The position numbers and the translations under genes are program-made. A DNA stretch of 34,468 nucleotides, taken from positions 1 through 34,468 of the IMG/VR virus record IMGVR_UViG_3300037589_000222; one strand, written 5' to 3'. Under the pieces are notes generated by a model that saw nothing but the letters and a program-made list of their open reading frames with translations, did not search any database and was not told the DNA's origin. Numbering within the stretch: the first letter of the stretch is position 1; every line of letters begins with the position of its first letter. Below, piece by piece: positions 33,731 to 34,468 of the stretch. The stretch comes from a virus. Its lineage: Duplodnaviria; Caudoviricetes.

Positions 33731-34468
33731 TTAGAAAGAAATTAGGTTCTTAAATTTTTGAAAACCGTATGCATTTGTTTTTTCTAGGATCGGGTATAAT
33801 TCTTTTGCGGTGATGCTTTCAACGGTAATGTTGTTTTGCTCACGCCAATTTTTCACACCTAATTCACATGCTCCTGTAATAATTCGGTAGTAGTTATCTG
33901 TGATTACTGTGTCTTCATTTATTGGTTCATTTTGAAGTTTCTCAGCAACTATTTTAAACTGCACGTCACTTATAGCCTTTTTAACGGTACTACCATGAGC
34001 AAAATGACTTTCCTTTTCAGCCACATAACAATCGGTCTTTTGAATATTACCTCTTCTGATTCCATAGAAATTGAATCCTGAGTAAATTTTTATTCCTTTA
34101 GAAGTCTTCTTTGATGTTATAGCAAAGATGTAACCGTCTACTATTTTCACATCGTACTTCTTTCCTTTGATTTCAACCGCAGTCAATTGGTTTCCGTCAA
34201 ACGCCCCTGAGCCAATGTGAGTGACACTGTTAGGGATTTCAACCGCAGTCAATTGGTTTCCGTCAAACGCCCAGTCGCCAATGTGAGTGACACTGTTAGG
34301 GATTTCAACCGCAGTCAATTGGTTTCCGTCAAACGCCCAGTCGCCAATGTGAGTGACACTGTTAGGGATTTCAACCGCAGTCAATTGGTTTCCGTCAAAC
34401 GCCCCTGAGCCAATGTGAGTGACACTGTTAGGGATTTCAACCGCAGTCAATTGGTTTCCGTCAAACGC
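33731..34468 (-). CDS. BspA-type leucine-rich repeat protein, 5'-truncated by window end
   Basis: 22-aa repeats NQLTAVEIPNSVTHIG(DW/SG)AFDG; frame open to the window edge. Confidence 0.88.
   Translation of the reverse strand, partial: AFDGNQLTAVEIPNSVTHIGSGAFDGNQLTAVEIPNSVTHIGDWAFDGNQLTAVEIPNSVTHIGDWAFDGNQLTAVEIPNSVTHIGSGAFDGNQLTAVEIKGKKYDVKIVDGYIFAITSKKTSKGIKIYSGFNFYGIRRGNIQKTDCYVAEKESHFAHGSTVKKAISDVQFKIVAEKLQNEPINEDTVITDNYYRIITGACELGVKNWREQNNITVESITAKELYPILEKTNAYGFQKFKNLISF
34169..34468. repeat. 66-bp tandem repeat, at least 4.5 units
   Basis: Units start at 34169, 34235, 34301, 34367, 34433; two alleles differing only in two codons. Confidence 0.95.

Larger units (their letters stand above)
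1624..34468 (-). mobile_element. Siphovirus-like prophage, probably integrated at tRNA-Ser; continues beyond the window
   Basis: Contiguous replication-terminase-portal-capsid-tail-lysis gene order ending next to the tRNA; left boundary approximate. Confidence 0.9.

Noticed and set aside
2068-34408. Many plus-strand ORFs inside phage genes (e.g. 8255-8791, 10738-11097, 13408-13764, 31975-32349, 34217-34408)
   Set aside because: Antisense shadows of well-supported minus-strand genes, with no recognisable motifs
34169-34468. CRISPR array
   Set aside because: Contiguous in-frame 66-bp coding repeats with no unique spacers and no cas genes

Overview
AT-rich Bacteroidota DNA, inferred to be Flavobacteriaceae (Kordia-like) from TAnnTTTG promoters and peptide leaders. 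Positions 1-1120 hold four tandem Cys-containing double-glycine (RiPP-like) precursor genes, one missed by the ORF track. These are followed by 7/8-bp tandem repeats and tRNA-Ser(TGA) at 1539-1623. From about 1624 to beyond the window end lies a siphovirus-like prophage, almost all on the minus strand. Read left to right it carries: lysis (u-spanin, DUF5675 endolysin candidate, holin), tail, tape measure, head (HK97-type capsid, protease, portal), terminases, a block of small accessory genes with two methyltransferases, replication genes and a truncated LRR protein. No integrase is in the window. Most notable observations: (1) a run of small genes (27.6-30.5 kb) each preceded by a TWAAAMCTGTAG-like motif, with one 194-bp motif-bounded Zn-finger gene unit duplicated exactly and a tRNA-like element at the head of the array; (2) a phage protein carrying a near-verbatim piece of the Bacteroidota RNA polymerase beta insertion; (3) a Fur-like DNA-binding domain without the metal-sensing domain; (4) a 22-bp putative late promoter present twice, the second copy restarting transcription after an antisense moron cassette. 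All family assignments come from recalled motifs, not database searches.
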